Positions 11,876 to 25,332 of a stretch of DNA of 64,000 bases are shown in pieces. The stretch's first letter is position 1. Each line of letters opens with the position of its first letter. The notes beneath the pieces were generated by a model. The model made no database searches. It was not told the DNA's origin and saw only the letters and a list, made by a program, of their open reading frames with translations. Origin of the DNA: Podarcis melisellensis (Eukaryota); NCBI GenBank assembly GCA_964234715.1, contig OZ174282.1; one strand, 5' to 3'. The translations under genes and the position numbers were made by a program.

Positions 11876-13359
11876 ATCATCATCATCATCATCATCATCA
11901 ATATACAATATTTAAAAATCTATCTATCCTCTATTGAGCTATTTATCGCCTATCTGTCTATCATCTCTTTGTGCGTAAGAATGAAATGCCTCAAATTGTA
12001 ATCCTGGGGAAAACCCTACACCCCAGGTATTGGAAGAGATTTGTTATAGGAATAAAATGGACTGTCTGTTGTAGGTTTAGGACAAGATATTTTACTAAAT
12101 CACAAAAAGTAGTTTATTGGAGAGCTTTGAGGGATGGACAGAGGGGGAAATGATCAGTATTAACAGTCTTTGTCCCTTCTTTGTATCATGGATGTATTTT
12201 AGCCATCTCAAGTGTAGCCTCCTAACTGGTTCTTGTGTCTGTGATTTTTTGCTTAGGTCTAACAAAATATTGGATAATGAAGATAGAAAACCAATAGAGA
12301 GAGGGAAAGATATAACAAATGGCTTAGGATGAATTCAGTATGTAATTACTTACATTTTTTCGCTAACTACTATATAAGCAACACTTTTAACAAAGCAAAT
12401 TGGTCTCTGGAAGACAGATTCTGCTTAGAGAAAGTGCTTCAATTTACTTACATGATGATAACTGAAAAGCTGGGGGGCTGCATGGGGGTGTTGTGGGTTT
12501 TGTTTTTTTGTTTTTTGCTGCGTTGCAGTCAATTTTCACTGAGCTCACATTCTGAATGTGTGATTAATCATATGTATGCTGGACTTGCCAATATATACCA
12601 AAACCTTAAACTCTTAACAACTTCCTTGTTTTGTGTGGTCATTCCAAATAGCTAAACAACCAGAAATTGTCAATGTATGCTGAGATCAATGCTCCGGGGT
12701 CTCTACGTAAGATTGATTTCGCTCTCAGAGGACTTCATTCTGCTCATCAACAAAAACACTTTGTCCTCCCTTAAATAATCCAATCGAATGCCATCCTCCT
12801 GTGGAGCTATGAGATCTAGACCGCTTGGATTAATCTCTGCTGTAGACAGTCTCAGAGGGTTCTTGTTCCAGCGAGCTGAGTTTTTACAAATACACCCCAA
12901 GGGGAGATTATTTTGATCCACAAGTGAGTGGAAACAATTAAGCTGAGTTTGAAAATCAAGGAATTCAGGACAGAGAAACATTTTAAATGAGACACATATC
13001 TGCTTGGGGTGTACGTTAAAAAGTTTTATCATAGTAACTAAGGAATCACCCACAATGCTAAGAATCGCAGTCTACTTTTAAAATGGTAGGTAGATTCATT
13101 AAACCACCAACAGTGGATAATAGGACTTTCCTATCTATTCCATCTCATAGAAGACACTTATTAATTGAATTGAATGCTGGTCCTACTCAAAGCAGACCCA
13201 TTGAAACAAATGTACCTGAGTTACTCTTGTCTGTAACTCAGACACTTTTTTATGTTTTTAAAGTGTGTGTGCATATCACACACACGTAAAAAAATAATAA
13301 TATTACAACCCCCCTCTAATTTGTGTTTTGCTTAGGTGTTATGTACCATTGTTTATTAA

Positions 13360-13402
13360 TTATATATATATATATATATATACCATTGATATATATATAA
13401 AG

Positions 13403-13441
<39 letters not shown>
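13360..13441. repeat. Interrupted (TA)n microsatellite at an L2 tail
   Basis: Direct reading. Confidence 0.9.
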
Positions 13442-13444
<3 letters not shown>

Positions 13445-13722
13445 ACTTGATTGTAAAAAAACAAAACCTCAATGTGGTTTAAAAAAATTATAAAACAAAT
13501 TATCAGTGAGAAAAATTAACAACAATAATTTAAGACATTCAAAGAGCTAAAATAACAATAGTTTTAAAATGTATTAAAACTCACACCAACTGTCTAAATA
13601 GCTGGGTAGGCTTGTCTTTAAAATATTTTTAGCAGGCACCAAAAAGAATACAGAGATATTGATGGGCAAGGAGTTCCAAACTGTAGGTTTCTCCATACTA
13701 AAAGATTGAGATCTCACAAATG
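13440..13722 (-). mobile_element. L2-clade LINE 3' fragment
   Basis: accacttgattgtaaaa...ctgggtaggcttgtc...agcaggcaccaaaaaga...gggcaaggagttccaa; same family as the + strand copy at 20860-21190. Confidence 0.7.
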
Positions 13723-14493
13723 CATATAATTAAAACATTTGGGTTCAATGGCCAAATTAAGTTGCAACTCTGGTGTTGCAAAACACAGGAAATTAAAGTG
13801 CAGTGTACACTATTGCTGCACTATCTGAACTTTTCAATAAATTCTTACATGGCTGTGCTCAGGTCAGAGTATCTGCTAGTTATAACCCATGCCTAATGTT
13901 TTTCTGATTTCCATGCAATCCATCTACAAGCATCTGCAGCCTGATTCTTATGCACGTTTTCTCAGAAGCAAGTCTCATTGTGTTGAACAGGGTTTCTTCC
14001 TAAAGTAAGCATGGGTGAAATTTTAGCCTTAATATCTTAGGATGTAGTACAGACAGGGAATGTGTAATAAACAATATGGCAGGATTGGAGGGGGGGAGAG
14101 AAAGGAAGACTTTGTTCTTTTGGAACCTAAAAATAGATTGAAAGGGTCTCGCCGACCACTCTCAAGAGTGCGTATGGATTTCTTGCTGACATTAGTTCCT
14201 CTGAATTGAATGTCAGACTTGCCGAGAACAGTTTTTAAAAAAGGCTATACCGTTATCATTATTAGAAGGCCAAGGCGAACGAAATATCATGGTTATCATT
14301 AGAAAAACCTGTAAAATATATTTGTACATTATCTTGGGGCAAATACAAGTGTCACATGTTAAAAATGGCTAAGCAAATAATACCGCGATAGAGTCTTATA
14401 CCTGGGCGTTAGGTACCCACCAATTTTCATTGCAGAATAGGTGGGGATGTACTTTGAAGAGCTCTGCATTCAGAAATAGTGACAAATAACCAC

Positions 14494-14680
14494 AAGAATA
14501 TAAGAACATAAGAAGAGTCCTACTGGATCAGGCCAATGGCCCATTTAGTCCAGGATCTTGCTCTCACAGTGGCCAACCAGATGCCTTTGGGAAACCTGTA
14601 AGCAAGCCCCATGCGCAGGAGCACTCTCCCCTCCTGTGGTTTCCAGCAACGGATGTTGAGAAGCATTTATTGCCACCCGC
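14494..14680 (-). mobile_element. CR1-type 3' end (taagaaca tail)
   Basis: aagaatataagaacataagaagagtcctactggatcaggccaatggcccat...cacagtggccaaccagatgcc. Confidence 0.8.
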
Positions 14681-15277
14681 ATGACAGATGGCCACTGACT
14701 GGTCATTCTCTCTCAGCCTAACCTGCCTCAGATCAAGCCAATGGCCCTCCTAGTTGAGTATCCTGGCCAATGAGATACCCCCCGAGGGAAACCCACAAGA
14801 AGGCTCTAACCATAATAAAAATAACAACAGAACATAAATGCTATTCTATCTTTTTCTGGAAATGGGGGCCTATAGAAGGAATTTCAGTGGACCTACTCTG
14901 TGTATGGCTTAGTTGGATATCATCCATACACCACTAAGCACTTTAATCCCAATTCCACAGTGAATGAGTGACCGCCACCCAGGTGCGTCCCACAGATTAT
15001 GAACGCACAATATTAGGCAAATTACTGTACACTCATTTTCACCTTCCGCTTCTATCATTTAATGCTGCCTTTCAGTTGCTATGTTTGACATTCAAAATAG
15101 CTAACCAAATTATTTACTTCATAAATCTCTACGCCAACTTTCAGTGAAGCTTTGTTACCTGAAGGCAAAGCTTTAGAACTTCAGGTCTTTTAAAAGTAAA
15201 AAAAATGTTGTGATAATTCAGGAAATTGGTGAATTGCTTCTCATGGTCAGTAGCCGAGTGAAATAAAACTGCATTTA

Positions 15278-15594
15278 GGCAACATTCACACCATCCATTT
15301 AAAGTATTATCATACCACTTTAATAGTTATGGGTCCAACTGTGAGAACTGTAGTTTCTTTAAGGGTGCGGAGAGTTGTTAGGAGACTCCTCAAAGAGCTA
15401 TGATTAGCAGAATGGCTTAACAACTAATTTCTCTTCCCTGGGAACACTGGGAATTGTAACTCTATGAGGGGAAGAGGAGTCTCCTAACAATTCTCAGCAC
15501 TCAGATCAAACTTAATTTCCAGGATTCTTTGGAGAAAGCTATGGTTGTTTAAAGCGGCATGATCCGGCTTCAAAGGCCTGGTGTGGATGTGACC
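15278..15594. mobile_element. PIF/Harbinger-type foldback MITE
   Basis: TIRs ggcaacattcacacca / tggtgtggatgtgacc; TTA on both flanks; long imperfect inverted arms; partial relatives near 2590, 16625-16762 and 41930-42530. Confidence 0.75.
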
Positions 15595-17207
15595 TTAGTC
15601 TTCCGGTTATTACCTTTCAGACTTAGGGCATTTCTCTTCTGTTGCCTTTACATACTCTCTAGACTTAACTTGGGACACACGGTGCATATGTTAAAAAGAG
15701 ACATGCTTCAGCCAGCATTGGATCACTTGCATATTAAGGCAGCCTTTATGAATATTTCAGTGTTCATTAAATTATATTGCTTATCCTGGCATGCTTGCAA
15801 AAAACCCCAACCCATAAAAGGTGTGTGTCCAAATGGCGCCCAAATTAGCAGAACAATTCTTAAGCCTTGCTTTGCTGCAAGGGCTTGTTGTGTTTCTGCT
15901 ACTTCTTTTAAAGTTTTATTGGCAGTGTGTTTTACAACACAGCCTGCACTGAGTTAGTACAGCAAGCAACAGCATCTTATAATCTATCAATGGCTATGAA
16001 TAAGCTTTTGCACATCACACCATAATTTAAAGTGCTGTTTTGAAGCCTTAACCTAAAATGTTCCGATCAACTATTATTGACTTGGAACACAAACAAAAAC
16101 ATTGTGAAAATATCATGGGCATATACTCAATAGATTCATGTGCAGATGTTGACATATAAGAGTTGGGGCAAATATCTCTATCTGTGGGGTGTGGTGGGCT
16201 ACCAATATTTCCTGTATGTGCATTTTTTAAAATAAAAAAAATCTGATCTGTTTCTGAGTTGCTCTGTGATCTCTCTGTGTTTCAAGCTCTGAGTCACTCA
16301 GCTCAAGTTCTCTATGTCCCCATTCACTATAATGGAGGATATAAGAACGGCTATAGCATTCCCCTGCTTTTTGACCAAAATGGACCAAATTTGCAGGCAC
16401 GAGAGCTCCTCCAGAGTAGATTAAGCATGCCTAATTTCAAACAAAGGCCTTAAACATGAGAAACAAAAGGGATTCACTTCCCTCCATAATCCGCTATAGA
16501 ATAGCTCTTTCTTACCTAAAAAATAATTATGAGATGGCAGAGCGTCGTGTACTTTTACATGCCCTTAAAAAAAAAAAACTTTTAGAAACAGTGAATACCT
16601 TTTACCAAGAAAATCTGGTAATTATAACTCTTTAACAGAATGGGGGCTCTCTTAACAACTATCAGCACCTTTAGCAAACTACAGCTCCCAGGATTATTTG
16701 AGGGGAAGCCATAACTGCTTAAAATGCTGTGACACTTTTAAATGTATAGTTCAGATAGGCCTCTCAGTTTTAATATGAGGATCACCATTCCCCAAAAACA
16801 GTGTAGTTTTCTAGTGAGCATTGTATAGGGCATGATGCATGTCTGGTGGGATGGATCACAAGTTGTGCAAATGGGCATTTCTGAAATGATGCGTGCAAAG
16901 TGCTATGAGGTATATAAACTATATAAATGCTAATGGCTCAGCCCAGCAAGACTGTTCCATGTATAAATGCCGATTTGCATCTGGATGTGTTTATTTCATT
17001 TCATTTATTTTAAAAATACTGATTCTTTCCTATTTGTTTTTTTTTAAAGCAACGTATAACAAAATATTTTAGGAAACTGAAATGTAAGAATAATAAGCAG
17101 ATACTAAAAACATAATTAAAAATCTGGATATGTGTTATTGCTATTATTGTGGTATTTATTAATAGCCCACCTCTGCTCACAAATGTATACTGAGAGTGTA
17201 AAACTGA

Positions 17208-17320
17208 ATGTCAGTGTGATGTAGGGGTTAGAGTGTCAGACTAGGTCTTGAGAGACCAGGGTTCAAATCTTCCCACAGAGGAGAACTATGTATGTGGGTT
17301 ATAAATGATGGTGGTGTTGA

Positions 17321-17366
<46 letters not shown>

Positions 17367-17500
17367 GTCATTATCATTAAATGTGCTGTATGTTCCCCTT
17401 ACATCTACCTCACAAATTAGATTAGTCTGGGAGAGCATGACTGGTGCAAGATCACCCAGAAAACTCGCAGAAGGTTGAAGAATTTGAACCTGGCTCTTCC
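17208..17500. mobile_element. Two Squam3-like SINE fragments, tail-to-tail around an (ATT)n tract at 17321-17366
   Basis: Head cagtgtgatgtaggggttagagtgtcagact...gggttcaaatc on +; reverse copy ...gatcacccag...atttgaacctgg. Confidence 0.65.
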
Positions 17501-19445
17501 CAAAAATTATCTAAAATGGTTCTTTAAGAAGAATTATCAGAATAATAATCTAGGACCTTTTAAACCAAAGGGACACATCTTTTGATATCAGTGTGATACA
17601 CTACTTCCATTCCAGACAACTTGTGAGTTGTTATGTGAAATGCAGGGACCCCACGTGGTTATTGTACTAAAATCTTATGTCATTCTGTGGTGCCTTGAAC
17701 GAATTGCTTTAGAAATCAAGTATTCTGAATATTGTCAGAGCACTGGATGTTTTGGGAGCCTTGTGTCTTTGCCAAAAGGAAAATGAAAAAGATACACAAA
17801 GCAGAACTTGCAAAGAAACTTCAGATAAGTTGCCTGGGTGAACTCTTTAGGGCTCCCACAACTTCCCTATTATGTGCAAAACATTAGACAATAAGTAAGG
17901 TGGCTCAAGGTTTTCAGAACAAACACTGTAATCCTACAATTAGCAGTCTGTCTTGTGAATGAGGAACTCTGTGTCACCAAACAGGTCATTTGTGCTTCAT
18001 TCATGGGCTGATCCCAAACCACTAATTGTCTTACGTGTAAATACAGATCAACACTGTCATCTGCAATGTTCAGAAAAAGTCTGAATAAGAATAAAGCTGC
18101 AAGTTAGTGCATGCTCGAATGCAGTGAGACGTATTTCAGAGTAAACATGAATGATATGGCACTGCAGATATGTCTTCAATCCAATGCAATGCTGTGCAGA
18201 GCAACCAAGACTACACAAATGGAAATCTTATCAACTAGCTGTTTGGTGGAGAAGGAGGACTCAATCCAGCCTGAGGGTGGGCAGATCTGTTTCCTTCTCA
18301 GTTTTGCATGCTTTACCCATAATTCCATTGCACCCCATTTCTCCATTAACCTATTACTATATTTTAAAAAATCCCAAAGCATATATTTAAATAGATCTTT
18401 TAATACCTGTTTAAATGCATGTTTTAGATCAAAATATGGATTTAAATCTACATTTTGATACATTCAAATGGCCAAAACCTGTGTTCAAACATTTGGGGAA
18501 GTGTAAAATCTGGTACATAACTATGATCTGATTTACACATTCCCCTGAGAGGTACAGATCAGGTTATTTTGCAGAGGATTTAACCACAACTGAATTTATA
18601 CAGCATCTTTACCTAATCCAGTCTAATTCTCCTCTGGTTTCATCATAGAGACTCTGGTTTTTTCACCGTTTGGTGCAGGTGGGGAATGGGCTCCCTTCTT
18701 CACACATGTGATTTCTTAAATCCTTGAGGACACCCTTTGCTAACCTGGTGCCCTCCACATATTTTGGGTGGGTGTGCTTGTTGGGAGTTCTAGTCCAAAA
18801 ACATCTGTAAGGCCTACATGGCCAGAAGTATGAAAAAGTATTAGGCAAATGACCCAAAATCGATGCAAAGAGAATTAAAATCAAGGCCATGAACAAGGAG
18901 GGGGAATAAATATTTTAATGGTACACACACATACATCCCTATTTATGTGGTGTGCAGTTTTATTTTACTAAAATATGTTATTTTTAAGAAATCATTGATA
19001 AGTCAAAAATAGCTGGTCCCAGATAATAAAAACACATGATGGTTTAATTTTTTTTAAGGCTAGCCAAAAGAAAAGTCAGCCATGCCTTATTCCCTCTCTC
19101 ACACCTCCTACAGCTATAGATTTTGTTTGACCTATTGGTTTTAAAACAGAACACCTGAAGGATGGGAGAGGGAATTAGCACACTTTGCAAAGCCTAGAAC
19201 AAAAGAGGGCGGATGCAAATAGATTTGTACATTATGGGGCTGTTGCGCCATTTGACAAAAATAATAATCCAATGAGATCTTTTCGTGTCCATGCTGTCAA
19301 ACACACACACACAAACCCAACAGCAATATTTTGAAATCTTCACCGGGTTTTTATTTGTAACTGACTTTAGTGTCCAGTCTTTTAAAATGTGGGGTTTTTC
19401 CCCCTCTGCCTTCACTCCTTTTTTTTTTTTTTTTTTACTGACAAG

Positions 19446-19657
19446 NNNNNNNNNNNNNNNNNNNNNNNNNNNNNNNNNNNNNNNNNNNNNNNNNNNNNNN
19501 NNNNNNNNNNNNNNNNNNNNNNNNNNNNNNNNNNNNNNNNNNNNNNNNNNNNNNNNNNNNNNNNNNNNNNNNNNNNNNNNNNNNNNNNNNNNNNNNNNNN
19601 NNNNNNNNNNNNNNNNNNNNNNNNNNNNNNNNNNNNNNNNNNNNNNNNNNNNNNNNN
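19446..19657. other. Assembly gap
   Basis: N run. Confidence 1.
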
Positions 19658-20859
19658 AGGAAGGGGGTGGAAACTGTGTTTGACGAATGAATCTGGAGTT
19701 TGTGCATTAATGCAGGGTTATGCCTGCTAGTGCATATTGTAATTATAGTGTTTGGATAGCCTTGTTTTCTAAACAACGAATATTTCTATAAATTGGCAAT
19801 TTTGCCTGACGAGTCGCCTTTCAGTGGGAGCCTTATGCCACAAAATAAAGACAGTGGTATAATCAGCATTTAACCTGTTAGACTGAGGGGATCTTCTAAA
19901 CTAACTCTGCTGCAGGAATGCTAATGGAGGGAAGGAAATCTTCTTCAGTCACTTTGCATGCATCAAACAGAAGAGCACAGGGTAATTTGTGTTTCTAATG
20001 ATAAAAATTCCTTGGCATTTTAACTTAAATCTTTGTCTCCTGACTCAGTTCTTTTTTCTTCTTCTTCTTTTTAACCTGAGCCTTCTGGTGCAATTGGAGG
20101 TGGGAACTCGGAGGGAAACATCATCGCTGCTCAGCCTTGCTTTTACAGGGGTAGCAAAATAATACTTTGATTTAAACTTACTGGATGTGGAATTCCCTCC
20201 TGCCAGAAGCTTGGCTTGTGCCTTTGACTGTAAACCTTCCAGCGTCAAGTCAAAAACTTATTCATTTCCCTAAGCTCTGAAGTGCTGAGATTGTATGGAA
20301 CTGCCCATAGCCTTCGTTTGTTTTACAAATTTGAATTGATCTGAGTATTGGTTTTATTTGCTCGTCTTGTGTATTATTATGAAGAAAGGTATTCATTATT
20401 TTTTAATAAATTGGTAATCCATTCTGAGGTCAAGCATGGTGGTGGGGGGGGGGGGAAGAAAAATGGTTGCTAAATAGATAATTTGAATTTTGCATGTGAA
20501 TTTTGAGTGACGAATGTTATTTCCTCAGTCAAGATGTTCAAAATAATATTTCTCCCTTTATATGGGTGGAGAATAAGAGAAATTCCAGAGAAATACCTCA
20601 TATCACCAAAATGGTTTTATTCCTCTTGAAATTTCTGTGATGCTTCATCCAAAATGTAATGTTCAAATTTATGCTGAAATTTCAGTTTAGATCTTCTTTT
20701 TACCCAGGGTCAAGGATGAAGCAACCAGGTGTTTCTATGAAAGGTATAGATATATTAGATGTAGTTTTTAACAACTTGGGACCAGTTTACCTATGAGATT
20801 ACCTGACACCACATGTACCCACTCAACCACTTCAATAGGTGGAACTGGCACTATTACAT

Positions 20860-21190
20860 TGGCCACAGAATATCTGTTCTGCATTTGTTAGAACTCAACC
20901 TTTAACTGTGGCATTACATACACTTTGGAACTCTTGGCTTGTTGATCTCAGGCAGGAGCCTATACTCTTTTTGACACCTGCTAAAAATATTTTTGTTTGA
21001 ACAAGCCTACCCAGATATTTAGAAATTTTTTGTGTGTTTTAATACATTTTTAGTCAATTTTTAACTTTTTGAACGTTTTAAATTATGGTTGTAATTTTTT
21101 CTTAATGGCAATCTGATATCTCTTTTTGTAAACCACTTTGGTTTGGTGTTTTGTTTTTAAAAAAACGCTTGTGCAAATTTCATGAAATCA
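20860..21190 (+). mobile_element. L2-clade LINE 3' fragment followed by (TTGA)n
   Basis: cactttggaactcttgg (LWNSL-like)...ctgctaaaaatatttttgtttgaacaagcctaccc...tgtaaaccactttg. Confidence 0.7.
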
Positions 21191-21197
21191 ATAATGA

Positions 21198-21234
<37 letters not shown>

Positions 21235-21807
21235 ATTAGGGTTCAGTCCTAACCCTGGCCACTGCCTGACAGAGCTTAACAGAACAGGGGATCTAACATT
21301 GCACAATCCTACCTAGTTTGCTGATCAGGGTTCAAAAGCAGGGGGACAGGCAGACCACTATGGACCCACAGTGTCTGGGTCTCAATTGGCCCTGATGCCA
21401 TCATGTGACAGCCATGAGGTCACTCGCTTCCAACTCATAGAATGACCCTTTATGGGTCTTCTTGTTGGTTGTTGGTGGTGGGAAGGCAGTGGGAAGCACT
21501 TCTTCCCTCCCACACATTTGACAGGTGGAAGGGGGACCTCCACACCAGTGGAGGCCAGCGGGGCGGGGTAAAGGGACACCCCCCACCCAATGCAACCTCT
21601 CCACTCCACCTGGTACAAAGTGGGTTTAGAGTGCTTTGTTAGTTACCAAACACAGGACAGACACTGACTGCTGTGCAATCTAAAAAAAAACAAACAAAGT
21701 TGTTAAAGATGCCCATTAACTTTTTTGAAAAATAAAAAACTAATACATAAACCATAAAACAACACCAGCATTGACAGGATCAAAGAAAGAAAAAATAGAG
21801 AGAGCAA

Positions 21808-22225
21808 ATGCAGTGCGGTGCAGTGGTTAGAGCAGGGGTTGTCAACATGGTCTCTACCACCCACTAGTGGGCGTTTCAGGATTCTAGGTGGGCGGTAGAG
21901 GGTTCTACGGCACAAGCTGAATCCTCCTTCCATTGAGCACTGGTGGGTGGTAAAGAATTTTGCCATCAAGAAAGATGAATTAGTGGGCGGTAGGTATAGA
22001 AAGGTTGACTACCCCTGGGTTAGAGTGGTGGACCTGAGAGGGTTCAAATCCCCACTCAGTCATGAAGCTTACTAGGTGTGACCTTTGATCAGTCACTGCC
22101 TTTCTTAGCCTAACCTATCTCAGAAGGTAGTTATGAGGAGGGTGCAAACAATGGAAGCCATCTTGAGCTCCTTGAAAGAAGGTGGGATGTAAATGCAATG
22201 AATGAATGAATGAATGAACGAATGA
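21808..22225 (+). mobile_element. Squam3-like SINE, near full length, split by a hAT MITE; (ATGA)n tail
   Basis: cagtgcggtgcagtggttagag|tggtggacc...gggttcaaatccccactcagtcatgaagct...tcttgagctccttgaaagaaggtgggatgtaaatg. Confidence 0.8.
21833..22017. mobile_element. hAT (Charlie-like) MITE with 8-bp TSD
   Basis: TIRs caggggttgtcaac / gttgactacccctg; exact TSD ggttagag at 21825-21832 and 22018-22025. Confidence 0.92.
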
Positions 22226-22484
22226 AGTCAGATGGGCCTCACTGGGGTGAGCATCCCACAGATGGATCTTTTTATTCATTTATAAAAAAGGCCCTCTTCA
22301 TTTAGCCCCACCCTGGGGCATCTCTCAGAAGGAGGTACATGGACAAGCACCTCCAAAAATGATCTTAGGATCTGGGTAGATTTACAGAGAGGTGTGGAGG
22401 TCCCAAGAGGTAAAGGATGTCCATATGGTGTGTAAATGACGCCATCACTTTTTAAAAGTGTTGTCCCTGGTGAGGTTTGGTTGG

Positions 22485-22702
22485 GATACATTTGGATTCC
22501 CACCTCTTCATCCAAGGAGCACAAGGTGGCACACATGGTTCTCCTCCTGCCCATTTTATCCTCACAACAACCCTGGGAGGTAGTTTAGGCAGAGAGTGAG
22601 TGATTGGTACCAGGTCACCCAGTGAGCTTCAAGGGCAAGTTGGAGGATTCAAACTCTTGGTTTCCCAGGTCATAGGCCGACATTCTAACTACAATACCAC
22701 CT
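22485..22702 (-). mobile_element. Squam3-like SINE
   Basis: ccaaggagcacaaggtggc...ttttatcctcacaacaaccctg...caggtcacccagtgagcttc...ggattcaaac. Confidence 0.82.
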
Positions 22703-23602
22703 CTGACATAACTTGCAGTAGAGGACTCGGGTGAGTTTTTGCCTTCTCTCTAATGCTGAATCTAAAGTTTTCATTATCTGCTGCTCTGACTCCCTCCCCC
22801 CCCCCATTGTTTTAATTGCTTATATATTTGTTCCATTTCATATTGGATGTTGGTAGGTGGGGTATATGTAGCTTTCTTACTAAATAAATACGCCAACCAA
22901 TAATACACCTATTTATGTTGAACACAGAGATGTACCGAATTGGATATGCATATGACATTTTCCACATACAGGCTTGCTTTTTTAAAATTGTTATTGTTAT
23001 TCCATCCCAATTTGGAATTTATACCCTTTGGAATCTTTTGGATGAGAGCAAGATTCCCAAAGACGCTGAAATGTAACTCTGTGTTTCTGGACCACTGGCA
23101 ACAGTTGATATGGTCAGGTTGCGTGGAGGAATGTGAAGAATTATCCCAGTTAATGAGTACAGGGATATTGCTACACTACCCAGAGAGACGCATATTTTGC
23201 CATTTGCGTCTTTGAGGGAGAGTTTGAATATCACTTCCGCGGTTCCTTGCCATGTGCTTGATTTATACATCAGCTAGGGTAATGAACGTTGGTTTCTCAT
23301 TCTGCCCATCAGAATTAGGGAATATAGCAGAGCCATGGGACAAAAAAAAAGTAGGAAATCAATGTCTCAGTAAATATCTATATGGACACCGGGATAATCT
23401 ATTAAAAGCCATGACTATCCTATACCAATAGAGAGATCAGATCTCATTACGCCTCCAATCCCTTCCCCTAACATGTAAATTGGATTTCATTTGAACGTTC
23501 CTTCTCCACCCCACACACAACTACTGCCACAGTCCCTTTCAAAGCACTGGAAGAAAGTGCATCCTCTCTGCATCTTTTGCCAGGACTACCCTGCTTATGG
23601 GA

Positions 23603-23830
23603 TGTCAGTGGCAGTGGAGTGGTTACAGTGTCAAACTAGGAGCCCCATGGCCATGCTCAAGCTCACTGGGTGACCTTGGGGGCTTAGTCATTGCTTCTCC
23701 GCCTCACCTACCTCTCAGGGCTGTTGTGAGGATAGAATGGGGTGTGTGGAGGACTACGCATGCTATCTTGAGCTTCTTGGAGAAGAAGGTGGGATATAAA
23801 TGCAATAAACAAACAAACAGATAAACAAAT
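23603..23830 (+). mobile_element. Squam3-like SINE
   Basis: gtggcagtggagtggttacagtgtc...aagctcactgggtgaccttgg...ttgagcttcttggagaagaaggtgggatataaatg + (AAAC)n. Confidence 0.8.
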
Positions 23831-24344
23831 AGAAACAAGAAAATTGACAGGTAAAGAAATGTTGGGAAGATAGGATAACATGCTGTGTGGTGCTCCCTGA
23901 TGCTATGACACCATCACCCTCTGGGTGACACTCGCCACTGAGAAGCCACTGTAGGAGGAATGTCCCCTTAGGGGTTCAAGTAAAGAGGCTCACACTAAAT
24001 TCTCAGTCAGTCAGACTCTAAAGAGTAACACTCTCAGTAAACTGCTTTGAGGTTTTCTGCAATGAAGTGGTATATAAATTTTATGACATGGGTAAAATAC
24101 CATAAATATTTGCCGGACAGAACCCAGAGAGAGTGTGAGAACATTTCCATCAGGATACACACTACCTAGGCAAATGTACATCATCAAAGCTGTTCATCCT
24201 CTACCCAACCATCTTATGCCACTCCAGCACAGCACCATCTACCAGGACTTAAATACTACTTACTCAACCCATTTTTCTTTGTCAGAACCCTTCTTGTACC
24301 TTATCTGGAGTTGTTTTTTGCTTTAACATCCAGCTGTTAGGTTC

Positions 24345-24515
24345 CTCCTTAACTGATTCGACAGATTCATGGAGGAAAGGTCTATCAATGGCTATTAGCC
24401 ACGATGGCTATTCTCTGCCTCCACAGTTGGAGGCAGCAATGCTTCTGAATGCTGGTTGCTGGAAACCACGGGAAGGGAGAGGGCTCTTGTGCTTGGATTC
24501 CCACAGGCAACTGAT
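24345..24515 (+). mobile_element. CR1-type 3' fragment
   Basis: acagattcatggaggaaaggtctatcaatggctattagcc (DRFMEERSINGY*) plus the 3' UTR. Confidence 0.8.
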
Positions 24516-25015
24516 AAGGAGCCTAACAGAAATCCCACTGCCCATGCCTTGCAGCCAACTGGAACCCAAGTTGTCCTTGGTGGGAGGAACATCCAAAGCA
24601 TATTAAGGCGAGCAAACCACAAGACTGGCAAAGTTTCTCAGGGATGTCCCACTGATCCCTATCTACAACTAATACTCCTTAGAACCTACCTGGGAGTTAT
24701 ACCAAGCGGATCCAATAGCAATTCCTAAGTAACATGAGAAAGTAGAATAGAAGGTCAGCAGAACAAAGAATTCCTCAGGGTATGTGGGAAAGGGCACTGA
24801 TGAGAAAGTTGCAGAAATCACATAAAGGGCAGCATTGGACAGCCTCAGCAAACTGAGCCTTGGGCATTCGGAATTATGGAAATTCAATGTAAGATTCTGA
24901 AATCTGGATGTGTCATTAAAACGTATACCTACTTACATTGTGTAACGAAACACATGGAGCTGCCTTGTTGGACCATTGGTGCAGCTACCTTGGTATTGTC
25001 CACAATGCTCGTCTT

Positions 25016-25332
25016 CAGTGTTCCCTACTTTACTCTATAAAAGGCATTTTTTAAAAATAGTGGTTTGCACAACCCACTCAGGAAGATGATAACACAATAA
25101 AATTCAAAAATGTAACAATTAATTGCACATCCGTTCAAAATCCAGTTAAAAGTATTCAGTTTAATTAATTCAGCAAAATGGTTGAACTGGATCCAGTGAT
25201 GCCAGCTTTTCAAAGTTTGATAGTCATTTACATCTCCAGTGCTTCCGCTGCCTCTACCCTTGTTTCTTAGCACTCCCTAGGGAATCCTAGCTACCGCCCA
25301 GGGGGTGGTACCATTCACTTTGGGAACCACTA
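25016..25332. mobile_element. Non-autonomous hAT, same family as 5398-5740, nested in a tRNA-SINE remnant
   Basis: Shared ggaagatgata...aacaattaattgcacat...atccagtgat core; end tttgggaaccactag. Confidence 0.75.
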
